From Rhizodiscina lignyota (Eukaryota), in NCBI GenBank assembly GCA_010015805.1, contig ML978128.1, forward strand, positions 1,240,001 to 1,304,000: a DNA stretch of 64,000 nt. Direction: 5' to 3'. The translations under genes were made by a program, and so were the position numbers. Shown here piece after piece: positions 37,911 to 49,709 of this stretch. Every line of letters begins with the position of its first letter. The first letter of the stretch is position 1. The notes beneath the pieces were generated by a model that saw nothing but the letters and a program-made list of their open reading frames with translations, searched no databases and was not told the origin of the DNA.

Positions 37911-40083
37911 ATGGAGGATCCACTAAGAGAAACCCCAGCTTCAGGGACTGTTACCCCCGCTCACCATTACCCTCATATCGGCCATCATTCGGGGAGGCGC
38001 CTGAGACAGTTCTTCACGCCGGATGGACGCAGAGTTCACGTCGCTACATCACCAGATGAGTTTGAACATCATAAGAGGAGACTGTCGTCCATCGTGGAAG
38101 AGAAAGACCAGTTCGACATTGTGCTTCACGGCAGTCAGGAACACGTGGAAGCTCTCCGAGAAACACATGCACACCATGAGCGTTCGCGAGAACAACTTCG
38201 CGCGAAACACGGCGACTTGATTGACGAGTTTGAGCGCATCCATAGAGACCTAGATGCGCTTTCTAACGAGCTGCATAACATCTCGGATCACGCAGTTCAG
38301 CTTGATGCTAACTTTAGCAAATATGGATACTCTGCCCATCTCCGTAAGCGACGGCTGGTCTCTGTGACGTTATAGACTCTAACGGGAATTATCTAGGTAC
38401 TCGGGATAGCCCGAATGCCTCGTCTGCGAACTCGCTAATGGAGCCGGCTGATGATTCGTCAAGCCAGCGCGACTGGGACGCTGAAAGGCGCCAGGGCCAG
38501 ACCATGCAGTTCTTCAGGAAGCCAATCCTTCGGCAGTATTTCCACAAGGGCCTTCTTTGGAGAGCACAAGAAACGTACGAAGTCGCTAGCTACGAGCTCT
38601 TCGTAGATCTCTTCTACGTCGGTATCATTGCGATCTCTGGAGACGGAGCTGCCGAAGAAGCCACCGGACAAGCTTTGCTCAGATTTGCAGTTACTTTTGT
38701 TATGAGTTGGAAGTTCTGGAGCGACATCTCGACCGCCATTGCGTGGTTCGATGCGGACGATATTCTGCGGAGGCTCTCGGTGCTCTTCATCCTGACGTGC
38801 CTACTCGGCTTGACAATTAACATGGCGGCATCTTGGGACACGACATGGACTCCACTTGTCGCTTTCTATATTGCGGGACGATGGTTTGGTTCATTGTATT
38901 ACCTCTGGATGGCATACTTGGTCCCGATGGCCCGGTCCTCGATGATCGGAATTGCGATGTGTAACTTTCTCCCTGGCTTCCTCTGGGTAGGCTCCATCTA
39001 TGTTGACGAGCCCAACCGGGAGGCTCTAATATGGCTTGGCCTGACAGTCGACATGTTTGGGATAATGACGCTAATGATGATATTTCGCGGTTGGTCCTTC
39101 ATGCCACTGTGGTTCCGTGACTGGTCCAAAAAACACGTCGAGTTCTACCCTGGAGCGAACATTGAACACAAGATTGAGAGGACGGGCGCGTTTGTCACTC
39201 TCGTTTTTGGCTACTCGGTCGTTGCGCTGCTCTACCAAAGCAGCGCAAAGGTTGGAATCAACGCCTTCTTCGGAAAGGCAGTTCTTGGACTTGTACAAGC
39301 TTTCGCTTTCAACTGGCTATACTTCGAGGTTGACTCGTTCAATTTGCACACCCATGCTATTAGACGTCACGTCTTTTCCGGTAAGCCATGGTTCAAAGCG
39401 GACTTCTCGAGTACCACTAACATGATCAAAAGCGATGATATGGGGAAGCTCCCATCTACCTTTCACAATGGCTTTCGTGCTTGCTGGTGCGGCTCTCTCA
39501 AAGCTTGTGCTGGCACACGATAATCCAAATGCGGACCCGCATGACCTCTTTGGGTCATATGAGGAACGCTCTTTGCCGGAAATCAGTAACGGCCTTCGCT
39601 GGTATTACTGTGCCGGTCTTGCGATTGCCTTAGCGTGCATGAGTAAGCCTCATTTCACTTCAGTGTGTAAGAGTGATGATGCTTTAAACTAACTCTGTTC
39701 GTCTCGTAGGCTTCATATCTTTAGCCCACATCTATAAGGAGATTCCGAATCAGCGGCTATCAAAACCATGGCGAACTGTGGTTCGGCTCGCCATTGCTGT
39801 TGTCATTCTCCTTCTACCGCTAACTCACCGCCTCAATTCCTTGGAACTTATTGCGATTACGACGTCTCTTGTTGTATTCGCTCTTGTGGTAGAGCTCGTG
39901 GGCGCAAGCTGTGTCCATGATCCATTCTGGATGGAGACAAAGAGGCATTGTACTTATGCTGCTCGATGTCATATCAGCAAAAAAGAGCTGGCGGCAAGGA
40001 CCAAGGGCGGCAAGCTCATAGATGTCGAAGAGCTGGCAAGGGACGGAAAGGGAGAGAAAGGCGGATATCAGGAAATCTTATAG
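37911..40083 (+). CDS. LtrA (low temperature requirement A) family membrane protein, multi-exon
   Basis: ELFVDLFYVG, NIEHKIERTGAFVTLVFG, WLYFEVD, HTHAIRRH, HLPF; multi-pass hydrophobic pattern. Confidence 0.85.
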
Positions 40084-40663
40084 TCAATGTGAATCCTATA
40101 AATGGATATAGACTGGCTTTGCACGATAGCAAACTTACCTCGTACGTACCGCGTGTGCTGCATTATCTTACTATTAATGCGTCCAGCTCTGGTAATGATA
40201 CCTGCCATGTGCACCTTTCATGTCTACGTATCGGGTGCTTAGAAAAGATCTATTTGATGCTGAGGTGAATTCGCACTATCCAATATTTCCTTTTAGACGG
40301 ATCACATGAAACGCGGTTGCGTATCGTTACTTGCGGTTCTGCTTTTCCGTCGCCTCCTCTTCTCACAAGTGGTGTCACCACCGATCAAATTCGGCGAACT
40401 GCCGCCGGAGGTGTACCCTTGCTCCGCTTCCCGTATCCTTAGCACTGCATATACTGACAAGACATGGGTTGCCCGTTGTTAGACTGCGGGGAAGGCGTAG
40501 TGCTTCATGGGTGTCTTGAATTTCCGTGGGATGAAGGATAGCGACGTCGTGATGTAGATCACTGGGTATAGTGTATAAGAACAACGTTTCACCAATTCGG
40601 CGGTGAATTTGAGACACTCTGTTACAATCCATCTCGTACGAAACTTGATAATTATTCATCACC

Positions 40664-42441
40664 ATGACAGTATCCCTAGGTACTGTCGGCGAAGCAGGGT
40701 TTGCACATGTTACCGTTCGGAACTGTATGCTGACCTTCGTTGGAATTATTGTATACAAGATCCTTAGTCAAATAATCTACTATCGCTTCTTCCATCCACT
40801 CGCCAAATTCCCGGGTCCTTTCTGGGCGAGTGTGACGCGGCTGTGGATTGCATACCACAACATAAAGGAGGATGAGGTCTATCTCGAGCTTGAAATGCAT
40901 AAGAAGCTTGGTAAGAGTTTCCCATGAAAGGTATGCCTTACGAATCCCGGCATTCTTGACCGTTCCAAAGGACCTGTCCTCCGCATTACTCCAACCCTCT
41001 TGCTAGTTAGCGATGCGACGCAACTACCCAACATCTACAATCGCCAAGCGAACAAGACTCCGCATTACGTGACAGGCTCGTTCGGAGAGACTGAGAGCCT
41101 CTTCAATATGCGCGAACATCGAATTCATGCCCACTTCCGGAAAATCGCTGCAGGACCGTATGCGTTCTCAAATATCAAGAAGATGGAGCCTCTGGTAGAT
41201 GAGAACATGAGAAAGTGGATAGAAAAGATGGATACAATATTTGCACAGAGTGGAAAGGAATTCGAATTTGCGGACTGGGCGGTGTAAGCTCCTCTCAGAA
41301 TGGAACCAGATTTCGCGTCTTAACGGCTCGCAGATATATGGCATACGATATAGTCTCAGAAATCGGCTTTGGAGCTCCTTTTGGATTCATTGATTCCGGA
41401 TCTGATGTCGGGGGCCTGATCCAAGGATTCCATGATGGTTTGCTCCCATTTGGGCTCATGGCACGTTTATGGCCTGCGACAGAATTCATCAAGAAAACTC
41501 CTTTTGGCAAGGCATTCGTAGCTTCCCCAGACCAGGACACTGGCATCGGTGCATTGATGCGATATCGAGACAAACTCATTGCACAACGACAGAAGGATTT
41601 GGAAGCTGGACTTTTGGGCAGAGTTGATCTGTTGCAGACGTGAGTGTACCAGCCTCGCTGTTATAATAGAGGATATCGATATATCTGACACGGAATTCAA
41701 GCTTCCTCGACGCTCGAGATGACAAGGGAGAGCCGCTGGATATGGATTACATCAGAGCGGAAATCCTCCTGATCCTGCTTGCTGGCGCTGACACTACCGG
41801 CACCGCGTTCCAGGGGATGATGTTCCACGTCTTGACATCCGAAGGTGTATATGAGAAGCTGATGAAGGAGATCGATGACGCAACTCGCAGTGGCCATCTT
41901 AGTGCCATGCCTCAATATGATGAGGTCTTGAAGTGCTGCCCATACTACGTCGCCTGCGTGAAGGAAACTATGCGACTGAATCCCAGCGCTCCAAATATAT
42001 TCCCCAGATTGGTCAGTAAAGGTGGGATACAGCTCGAAGGGAAGTTCGTGCCGGAAGGCACAGAAATAACCTGCAATCCGTTCTTGGTTCACCGTGATGA
42101 GAATATATACGGTCCTGATGCTGGAGATTTCAGACCAGAGCGCTGGCTCGAAGATGAGGAGAAGGCAAAACTGTACGAGAAGTACAATTTCACGTTCGGA
42201 TATGGAGCAAGAGTCTGTCTGGGAAAAGACATCGCACTAATGGAATTGTACAAAGGCCCTCTACAGGTGAGTTGAAACCCTCCAATACGATATAGGTTCA
42301 CTGACGATGGCTGAGTTCTTTCGGACATTCCGGCCCCAATTCGTGGATCTTGAAAGGCCGGGTCGATATGTAATCAGAGGTGGTGTGTCATTCTGGAAGG
42401 ACATGTACATGAAGATTGAGAGACGAGCGTCTGTAGTTTAA
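40664..42441 (+). CDS. Cytochrome P450 monooxygenase, 5 exons
   Basis: [16 protein letters not shown]-helix, ETMR (ExxR), [14 protein letters not shown] heme motif. Confidence 0.95.
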
Positions 42442-42578
42442 AGGTTTCGAAGTTACAATTGCGTCGCCTTGACGTAGCAATCTTGATCTTGGAAGTTATT
42501 GAGAGATCCAGTCGTGCCTGTTGTACCCGTGGCGGCTTGTGGCACCTGTGTCGCAAAAGCGGCAAATATGTTACTCTC

Positions 42579-43173
42579 TCAACCAGTTGATGGTGTAGTA
42601 GACGCATCCGACTCTGTTCTTTCGGGCTTGTCCGACTCTATCTCCGTATGGACTTCCTCTTGATCTCCTGAATCACCCTCGAGACGCACTTTCTTCTCTT
42701 CATCTAGCTTTCGGTATTTTCGCCTCGACTTCTTTGCCTTGCTAGCCTTCTTCTTGGCCGCCGCTTGTCTCTTGAGGGCTGTCCTGCTCTGATCGCCTTT
42801 CTCTATCTCTTCTAGCCTCTCACCAAGGATTCTGCGCGCGATTTTGCGGTTTTGACTGCGAGAGCGTGTCTCCTGGCATTTTACGACAAGACCGGACGGA
42901 AGATGCTTCAACTGGACTGCGGAGTTCGTTTTGTTCTGCCTGGCTGTTAGGATAGCCTTAAGTATGAGTGAACTTTTGGTTGCTTACGATTTTCTGACCT
43001 CCCGGGCCAGTCCCCTTTAGAAAATTCTCTTCGATATCCTCATCCTGCACTTGGATTCGAGGTGGAAGAGGCTTTGCGGCAGGTCGATGTGTCTGTGTAA
43101 GCCATCTCGAAGAGAAGAATATTTGATTTGTTCGTCTCCAATTCTGTAATGGAAGTGCTATCCTGCGTAGCAT
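42579..43173 (-). CDS. Mitochondrial codon-independent peptide release factor (C12orf65/MTRFR-like), 2 exons
   Basis: FLKGTGPGGQKI|NKTNSAVQLKHLPSGLVVKCQETRSRSQNR with GGQ motif, basic tail and presequence. Confidence 0.9.
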
Positions 43174-43411
43174 ATCAAATAATGCAATACCATTCTGAGG
43201 AGAGGCGACTCAAATGAGGATTGTGAGTTTTGCGGATGGATTGACCGCGTTGCGGAGCTTGATATCCGAAAACTCCCTACTGCTAAGTCTCTCTAGTAGT
43301 GCTACCCTGGCGGGTTATCCGGAAAGTTCAGGAGAACGCTTTACGCGTCCGCTACACGCATCTTCTTTCGAAATCCCGAACCACTCTCTACAGCCTGCTC
43401 TGCAACTCACA

Positions 43412-43850
43412 ATGGCGGAAATACTCAGCAATGCGTACTTTGGCATATACGTTGGAGCAATCGCTATCCTTGTTGGGGCCCTTCTACTGTACCCTTCGAC
43501 CATCATGCGTTGGGTGGACCGCAAACGATATCAGTACGAAGTCAGTTTTGCATTGTATATGCTAACATCGACGGAGAAGTTCATATTCAGTAAGCTTTCC
43601 TTCTTCCATCGAATCGCAGAGACAGGCCACACACTGAGACCTCTGCTCAACCTTGGGGACGTCAGCTAATTGCACCGTCTTCGTAGACTCCTTCATCTTC
43701 CTGTTCGCTGCAATGATCATCATTGCTACATCTCTATACCTTCCGGAACACCTCTCTATCGTTGTCAGGCGCGCATTCTACTATCTCGCTGGTGACGATG
43801 GAAGTGTTAGCCAGCCTCCTCTCGAGAGCGCAATCGCGAATGGCAGATAG
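43412..43850 (+). CDS. Serine palmitoyltransferase small subunit-like protein, 2 exons
   Basis: KRYQYEVSFALYMLTSTEKFIF|NSFIFLF...LYLPEH, the SPTss family pattern. Confidence 0.75.
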
Positions 43851-44546
43851 TGGAAGCACAATCATTCCGTTACGACCTGGATATGGAGTTGCGGCCGCAT
43901 AGGGTTCAATGGATGGCGATCATAACAATGGCGGGTTCAGTCTCCACTGAATGTCATGCTACTTCAAGGTCATAGCGGGCAGTTGAGCGTCCAGTTCGAT
44001 GGCCATAACTCCACATGACTGAAAGAGTATGTGGGGAGAATATCTCCCGTCTAGTTCGTCCGAGGTGCTGCATCAACTCAAATGTGACATGTCACATTCT
44101 TCACAATGCAGCATGGGGCAAGGGGAAGGCGGAATCTCTATTTCCGATTCGTGGACTGGGTCCGGATAGTCATCAGCTCCTGCACTTGGGCTTAGCTGCA
44201 ATTACGAAACGCAACGTTGCCCTATGTCGTTCGAAAGTTCTCGAGCTGATCGCTTATCAACACATGCTGTGAGAGGGTTGGGTTGTGTTCGATGCTGCCT
44301 TCCAATTGATTGCCGCGTCATTTGTATTTATTATAGGTCATGAAAGGCCCCAGCCGTGTGCATAGTGACATCAACATGTATCCTCCCAGAAATGCTGCAA
44401 AGAAACCTGCTGTCGCTCTGCGACTTTGTTCGAGAAATTCACGCCGCTAAAACCGTCAGAGCTCCCTATGACACACGATGCCTTCGAAATCTCAGGATTC
44501 TCCAAGACCTTGCAGAGAGCTATTGCCTAGACGGCATAGATCAGTC

Positions 44547-45158
44547 TCACATGCCTTCATGCTCGAATATAGCAGCCGCCAGCCTCTGCAGTTGCTCCTT
44601 CCCGTAGTCTGTCGCAGAGATCACCACGCCAAAGCCGCCGCCCTTGATCTTCGTCTTGGACGTAGATTCCGAGATAATAATAAGAATGGCTGGCACATCT
44701 TTAGCGATGATTTTAGGCGTAAAGTTCTTCAGGTACTTCGCCTGGGTTTTCAAAGACTCCTTCGAGGAGCTCGTTCTGGGATCCGGCTCAGCCAAAACAA
44801 GGATGACAGCGGATGCGTGAGGCAGGAATGCATCGTGATAGTCCGTGAATCCTTGGCTGGGCAAATATGGAATGTGTTTGACGCCTTTGTGGTATTGGCT
44901 CAAAGCGATACCGAAGGATTCGAATGGGTCCACATCTTCAGGCGAACCCTGAAGGGTTGGAATCGCTGGTGTGAAGAGCATGATGTTCTCTCCCTCTCCA
45001 AGGCTGGTGAAGTCGTGCAGAGTGTTCTGGTCGATGCGAATATATGAAACCTTAGTGTCGTCCCTCATGTTTGAATGCTGGAGTAGATATGCCAAATTGG
45101 TAATGTCTGAGGTCGAATTCGAGGCAGTGGGCGGAAGGCGATGTTTTGATCTTCCCAT
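44547..45158 (-). CDS. Conserved hypothetical protein resembling an accessory domain of fungal GH3 N-acetylglucosaminidases
   Basis: MLFTPAIP...DPFESFGIALSQYHKGVKHIPYLP...VILVL; 203-codon open frame. Confidence 0.55.
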   Translation of the reverse strand: MGRSKHRLPPTASNSTSDITNLAYLLQHSNMRDDTKVSYIRIDQNTLHDFTSLGEGENIMLFTPAIPTLQGSPEDVDPFESFGIALSQYHKGVKHIPYLPSQGFTDYHDAFLPHASAVILVLAEPDPRTSSSKESLKTQAKYLKNFTPKIIAKDVPAILIIISESTSKTKIKGGGFGVVISATDYGKEQLQRLAAAIFEHEGM

Positions 45159-46877
45159 GACTTGACAATATATAGTGATCGTAACGAAAAAGTACCAGTC
45201 TCTGCGAATTTCTGGTGTTGGTGATTGGCTAATTGCTCCAGCTCCAAGTCTTGCGCTCCTTTGTGTACGATGTTTGAGGCAGGTTGTATCACAGGGCTTA
45301 GTCGGCACGTTAAATGAGGCCTGCACATCGGACGACAAATTTGATCGCGTGATCAATAGTGTCAAGGTGCTATAGAATGTGCTGGAGAAAGATTCGTGCG
45401 GGATTATATGTAGCCTTGAGGAAAAGAAAGCGAACTGAAATGGACTGCGACCACCAATACAACCTCAAACGGGACTACCAAATGAAAGGGACAATTAAAG
45501 AATGCGCGTTGAATATATGTAGATGACAATATCGAAAATCAGCCGTCGCATACAGGGAACATCGACAATGGTTTGGACGATCAATCATTGGTTGTGGGTA
45601 GATGGTTTATTCCAGCTGACAGCGAGTGGTTGTGTCACAGTGAAATTCTCAAAGTTGTGTATGACAACACTCCGGGCACCAGCCGCCTCTCAAGCGGCCA
45701 AAAGCATGGTAAGGGAAACAACCAGTAAGAAATACGACGACTGTGCCAATGAGCGGAAGTCCCGAGACCAGCCTTGAGGTCGCTGAGCCTGCCAAAGCGT
45801 GCAACGCACGAGTGTGTGAGTTACACAGTGAAGACAGAATCAGAAACAGTTGCATGAGATACGGAAATCGACGCAATGGTGATGCTGGAAGGATTCCTGA
45901 CACCATCACTTTGTTCAAGTACTGGCACTGGCACTGCAGAGCTAAGGAGATGATGGCCAGAGTGTGGGGGTCTGAATTCAATGCCAGCCCGCCATGTTGA
46001 CGCAAATGGCTCTATGCCTCTGGCTAAAACGTAGCTCAAAAGAAAGAGTCGCTGCGCAGCAGTCCTTGACCTCAAATGCAATGCAGGGATGGCGGTCCGC
46101 CCAACCGCTCCATTGCAGGTTGCAGATCGTGGAAACGGCCGGTTCGCAGATCCACTAGGTAGAGATGTTGAGGCGTCGGTATCGAAGTCTTGGGTGCCCG
46201 TGCAGTACGTAGTTGCTTTACGGGGTAAAGTCCTCCATTTCAAATGTGTATTCCTAACAATAGCATGGGGAAGATCATGCGTAACATCTCATACGAGGAA
46301 TTGGAAAGTGGTATATCGGCTTGAGGCGATTCATCGACATGTGAGGTGGTTGCTTCGGCAGCGGGTTGTGAGCGGACGCATCACGCGCATTCGTGCCAGA
46401 ATCTTCATTGTATTAGATCCGTGTAACCTGGAGTTCGATAAAGACGTCGTAAATGGCGGGCTCGCTCAACGAATGAGGCAAAGGCCTGCAAAGTGACTGC
46501 TGCACGCCTTCAAGTCGCCACAGACGCGGTCGGTAATTGGGTCGCCACGCCCGCCCAGTGAATCTGCACCTTTCAAAGAAAGCGAATGGTCACGCTGTCT
46601 TGTTGTAGGAAGCGTGCAGCTGTGTGCCCGAGCAAAGACCAAGGTGGAGAGGGAAATAGGAAAGCGAAAAGAAGAAACGAGGAAGGACAATGTGGGAGTG
46701 AAGAAACCAGCCAATCGGATCAAGCCGAGCTAAGTTCAATGCACGTGAACGCGCGTCTGCTTCTACGCGTCGAGTTAAGCACGACACCTTTTTCATTGAT
46801 GTCTTGCAGCGGCAAACGGTTACAAGCATATGAAGCGGCCTCTCTCGACCTCGCCACACGGGCATTGAAATTTCCTA

Positions 46878-49353
46878 ATGGAAGATAGTGAGGACAACGT
46901 AGCCCGGCGCGGGAGCGTGGAAGCAAGCATCGGAGCATTAGCTGCAGGTACGAGTGAAAATGACGTGTTGATATGGAGCTTCTGATCATATTTGCAGCTT
47001 CAAAATTGTCTCCTAGACTCAGAACAGTCAATATCTCCGATCTGACGAATGAAATATGCTCCGAAAGCTACGAAAATGGCTTCGACGTATCTAACTTGGA
47101 AGCAATTGTCAACTTGGTCACTGTGAAGTCGGAACTAGACCAGACTAGCGTTGCGACACTTATCAAGCACCTGTTTCCAGCGGGAAGCGTCCCAAATTCT
47201 GTCGTCTTAACGATCGTCGGCTGTCTCGGACAAGGACAGCTGAAGCCGACTCCTTCGGCTCAAGCCCTTCTTGTGAGATGGCTATCCAATGTGTACTCTT
47301 GCATGGTCGAGCCGTCGATGTTGTCCAAGGTGTACGGCGTCTTATTTGGCCTCTTGGATATGATAAGCTTGAGGTAGGTATAATGTTTCTTGTTCCTGCT
47401 TCACCCATTTGTAACGTCCGTAGGGCTGCCTTGTGTCACCTGCTCGCGCTGATTACTCGCCGTAAGCATGTGCGACCGTTCAGGATACAACAGCTGTATG
47501 TTTCCACTGCCATCATGTCACAAGCCTATAGCTGCTTACCTAGTTTTGACCGGCAAGGCTCGAGCTCACTCACGTGGCCGGGAATGAGCCGTCCTTACTC
47601 GAGCTTCTACGAGTTTACAAAGGCTATTATCCCGATATTATTCTTGGAAATATCGGCACAGGTCGATCTGGTGTCTCCTTGGTATGCAATTCTACTTTCT
47701 CTTACGTCTTTCTTTACTGCGGAGAATCATTTCTAACAAGCTCACAGAAAGCCGATGCGGAATGGAGAACCAGACTTGTCGTCATTCAGAATGCAAATCT
47801 CGGACAAGTACAGCAACATAGCTACAGCAATGGATTCAAGATCAAGAGACACATGCATGTAAAAAACGTTCCGTCTGTCGTGCCACGAGTCCATACTCTG
47901 CGCGCTTTTGAGGTAAGGGACATAACAGCGGCATTTGCAGATGTTGGGGACTAACTCGTCTTTGCATCTGTAGTCTTCCGTGACGCTTGAAGAGGTCGAT
48001 AGCATGGAAGACCTAATTGACGGCCTTGAGAAGATTGAACCTCCAAGTCAACTTGCGTCCGTTGTCGGAGATTCGCTTTTGCACAAGTACTTGCTTCTCA
48101 AACCCAAGGAAGCAACAACAAATCGGTTAGAGCTATGGTTAGCACGATGTTTCGATGAGATTCTCGAGGAAGCCTCGTATGAAGAGAATAAATCCGGCGC
48201 TTTCGAAAAAGAACTTTTGGAGGCTCTGCTAGTCTACGCTAAGATCAACAAGGTACGTTGTTGCGAAAGTTGTGGAACACGCAAACTCACATGAAAAAGA
48301 CGCTCCTTCCTGTAATCGAAGATTTCCTGCGTAACCTTCTAAGGGAACGGGGAGGCACATCTCACATTCCTATTCTTCTCAGTCTACTCACCTTTCTGCG
48401 ACCGCAGGACTTTGGAGGTAAGTGCTATCGATCGTTGCTGGAGTATGTCAGCTCACCCTGTAGTCTTGCACCATGAATTCCTGCAGTATGTAGAGACTCC
48501 CGCAATGCTCAGGGACCCTGGCGCACTGGAAAGGCTTGTGGACTTCTACACGGTCCTGCTACGGCGCTGGACAGTCATACGATCTCACGATCCAACTTCC
48601 TCGATTGTCGATGAACGCATAATTCGAGAACTAAGCCGCCATGTCTCCACGCTGCATGTCTCCGCACTCGCTTCCTCTGCGGCGGAGTCTTCCGTCCTTC
48701 GATATTACGAGCAACTCCCATCCCTTTTCAGATCTTGGGACTCTTCATCCGGCCAAGCTCCCTTGCTGATCCTTCCGCCGCCACAGACTGTCTATCTGTT
48801 AGGCTTTAGTTTTGCGCTCGATAACCTCTCTCGGATCTGCGCGATACTGGCCACATACAAAGTTGCCTTCGAGGAAGGCATCAAGGCCTCGGTACGGTTC
48901 CCATCCGAGACCACTGCCCGGTTCAATGGCTATCTGATGGACTTCTGCAATCTACTTTGGCGGTCTCGCGCGTTCACAACCGCGGATACAAACTCAGCAG
49001 GGTGCCTTTGTCCTGAAGCTCTTGTAGCTTCCCTGAGGACATATGTCGCTGCCGTGGATCCAGAATACAGCATATCCGCCATGTTTGGACTGCCGCACAA
49101 TGCTCTCATCTGCGCTCTGTCCCTGAAAGTTCTTCAGGAGAGTGAAGATGAAGCCGCAGCAAGTGGGATGCCGGAGTTGGCCCGTCATGTTGGTCCAGCC
49201 AGCCAGAGAACTCTGGCAGCTTTAACGAAAGAAGGAGGCTTGACTATCTCGTGGAAAGAATACCGGGTTCAGGTGTTGCAATGGCTTGGTAGGAATGGCA
49301 TTGGGGGCATCATGGAGCTCATGTTTGTCACAATGAAAGACCTTATGAAATGA
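46878..49353 (+). CDS. MIS6: Kinetochore protein CENP-I (Mis6/Ctf3), multi-exon
   Basis: ELDQTSVATLIKHLFP, IVGCLGQG, LLDMISLRAALCHLLALITRRKHVRPFRIQ, FNGYLMDFCNLLWRSRAF. Confidence 0.88.
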
Positions 49354-49709
49354 ACGTAGAACCCCGCAAGATGGCATTCTAAAACCTTTGAACGATGTAT
49401 GATAATGCACAACAAAACCAAGTAACTTCTTACGTGTTGAATAATTCCCCTCTATGAGAGTACAGAGGACGCGGGATACTCTGTGCAGTCCCGGGCTTGG
49501 CACTTCAACTGAGAGAAACGTCATGTCGGCCTCGTGCTTTAACCATCACCTGTACCGTATTTTCTCTTGACTTGAAACTGACATCCGGAATGATCAAAGT
49601 ATACCCAACAGTGCCATATTCAAGATTGGGCAGCGATTTCTCTTGATATAGTCGAACGGAGTTTGGCCACGAGGCCCTGTCATAGTATCATTACTCTCGC
49701 ACAACCACC

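Noticed and set aside
35498..42441. Antiporter, LtrA and P450 as a biosynthetic or detoxification cluster
   Set aside because: No backbone enzyme or pathway regulator nearby, and the flanking genes are housekeeping.
45500..46500. Several 80-140 aa ORFs upstream of CENP-I
   Set aside because: I could not assemble a coherent spliced gene or recognise any domain.
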